Below, piece by piece: positions 62,781 through 64,000 of a DNA stretch of 64,000 bases (positions are counted from its first letter, which is position 1; each line of letters opens with the position of its first letter). The notes under the pieces are model-generated. The model made no database searches, had not been told where the DNA came from, and worked only from the letters and a program-made list of their open reading frames with translations. Source of the DNA: Mobula hypostoma (taxonomy: Eukaryota); NCBI RefSeq assembly GCF_963921235.1, contig NC_086108.1, positions 78,618,001-78,682,000 on the forward strand, in the 5' to 3' direction. A program made the position numbers and the translations under genes.

Positions 62781-63717
62781 AAAGCTGTAGAAGCTGGGTT
62801 CAAAGTATTTCAGAGGAAGACTGGTAGGTTGTTGTAAATCCACGAATTTCCACTGCTCTGAAATTTGAGAATCAGTGAAAATGATTTTGACTTGTGCTAA
62901 GGACGTGAAAGGTAACATAAAATGCACGTGATTGACTTGTTACTGCTGGAACAATCTGGCAATAATATTGGGAAAAATGAACTGTGTGTGAGCAGCTCAT
63001 TTTCAATGTTTAAAATAATCACACCCATGTTGGAGCATGTGGGTTTTGTGGAGGTGAATGCCCAAGGGCTTGTCTGGAGTTCCAGCAGGAACCTGCTGTA
63101 ATCCAGAAGTGTTGCCAAATCATTTTGTAACTTAGACTGTCTAGACTGGAATTAACTTGCCTTAACCAATAGGCTAGAGAAGGTCAATCTACGATCTGAC
63201 TACAAGATCAGTTGCTATTAAAGAAAAGCCTGAAGCTTTTTAAGTTGTTTGCACAATGAATCATATCCAACTCAGCCCAAGATAATTCCAGTCTTTACAG
63301 AAAATGGCCAGTTTTCATCTATTACTTAGTGTTCCTGTGTTGTTTAGGAACCATCTCTATTTCAGGAAATATTTTAACCCCTCTTTATTTTATCAAAAGT
63401 GCCGATGTTCACAATTTAAAGACATGCTGATGGTTGTGGGCTTCAAGAAGTTGCAGATCTTCATTGCACATCAGTGGCTCTTTCATGGTGAGTGAAATAC
63501 ACAAAGTTGCTTGGTATACACATAACAGACAATCTAACCTGCACCCACAGCACCTCCTTATTAGTGAAGATACAGCAGTGTTCACAGGTTCACTTTATAA
63601 TTAAAGTACGTATACAACTGAGATTTGTCTTCTCCAGATCGCCATAAAACCATAGAAGTAGTTGAAAGGAAGACATCAATCCCCACCCGCACGAAAAGAA
63701 AAAGAAACAAAAACTCA

Positions 63718-63913
63718 TGTAAGGGGTTTCTTCTTTTATGTTACTGCTAAGGCTAATAAAATGGCTTCTTTGTTATGTTATAATAAAATGGCTTCTCTGT
63801 AATGTTAACTGCTGAGTTAATGGTGGCAGTTTGGGTTATAATTACTAATAACGAGAATTGTATTCATTTGCTAACCAAATGGGATAGATGTTATTCTTTC
63901 TTGTGTGTCTGTA
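63718..63913. mobile_element. Possible LTR fragment of a second family
   Basis: Begins TGTAAGGGG abruptly inside a Rex 3' tail and carries a repeated taataaaatggcttct. It is cut by a CR1 tail, so the other end is not visible. Confidence 0.35.
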
Positions 63914-64000
63914 AGAAACCATAGAACAACTACAGCACAGAAACAGACCTTTTGGCCCTTCTCGGCTGTGCCGAACCATTTTCTGCCTCGTCCCACTGAC
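63914..64000 (-). mobile_element. CR1 3' end running off the window
   Basis: agaaaccatagaacaactacagcacagaaacagaccttttggccc. Confidence 0.75.

Noticed and set aside
1..64000. Prokaryotic operon, defence system, or intact autonomous transposon
   Set aside because: There is no gene-dense organisation, and every element coding region seen is truncated, frameshifted or interrupted.

Overview
Eukaryotic, repeat-dense genomic DNA with no recognisable host protein-coding gene. The repeat mix (many CR1 LINEs, Rex1/Babar LINEs, V-domain tRNA-SINEs, Penelope-like elements, Tc1 transposons) suggests a cartilaginous fish such as a ray or shark; this is an inference. Nearly every ORF in the track is a transposon fragment or a chance ORF. 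The most notable structure is a young LTR retrotransposon at 54463-59522. It has 802-bp LTRs with about 11 differences counted by eye, an AAGG target-site duplication (TSD), a tRNA-Pro-like primer-binding site (PBS) and a polypurine tract (PPT). Its domain order is Gag(SCAN-like, CCHC)-PR-IN-RT-RH, the Gmr1 arrangement, but the integrase core and half of the RT are deleted. Two related solo LTRs (8876-9711, 11857-12744) have TSDs GAGG and CAGG, and all three insertions sit inside Rex-type LINE sequence. Also present: degenerate hammerhead-ribozyme motifs in Penelope terminal repeats (one in the loop of a fold-back), several bipartite non-autonomous retroposons, a Tc1 element with long TIRs, MITEs and a 46-bp minisatellite. 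All family assignments come from motif recognition by eye; no database search was run, and boundaries of old fragments are approximate.
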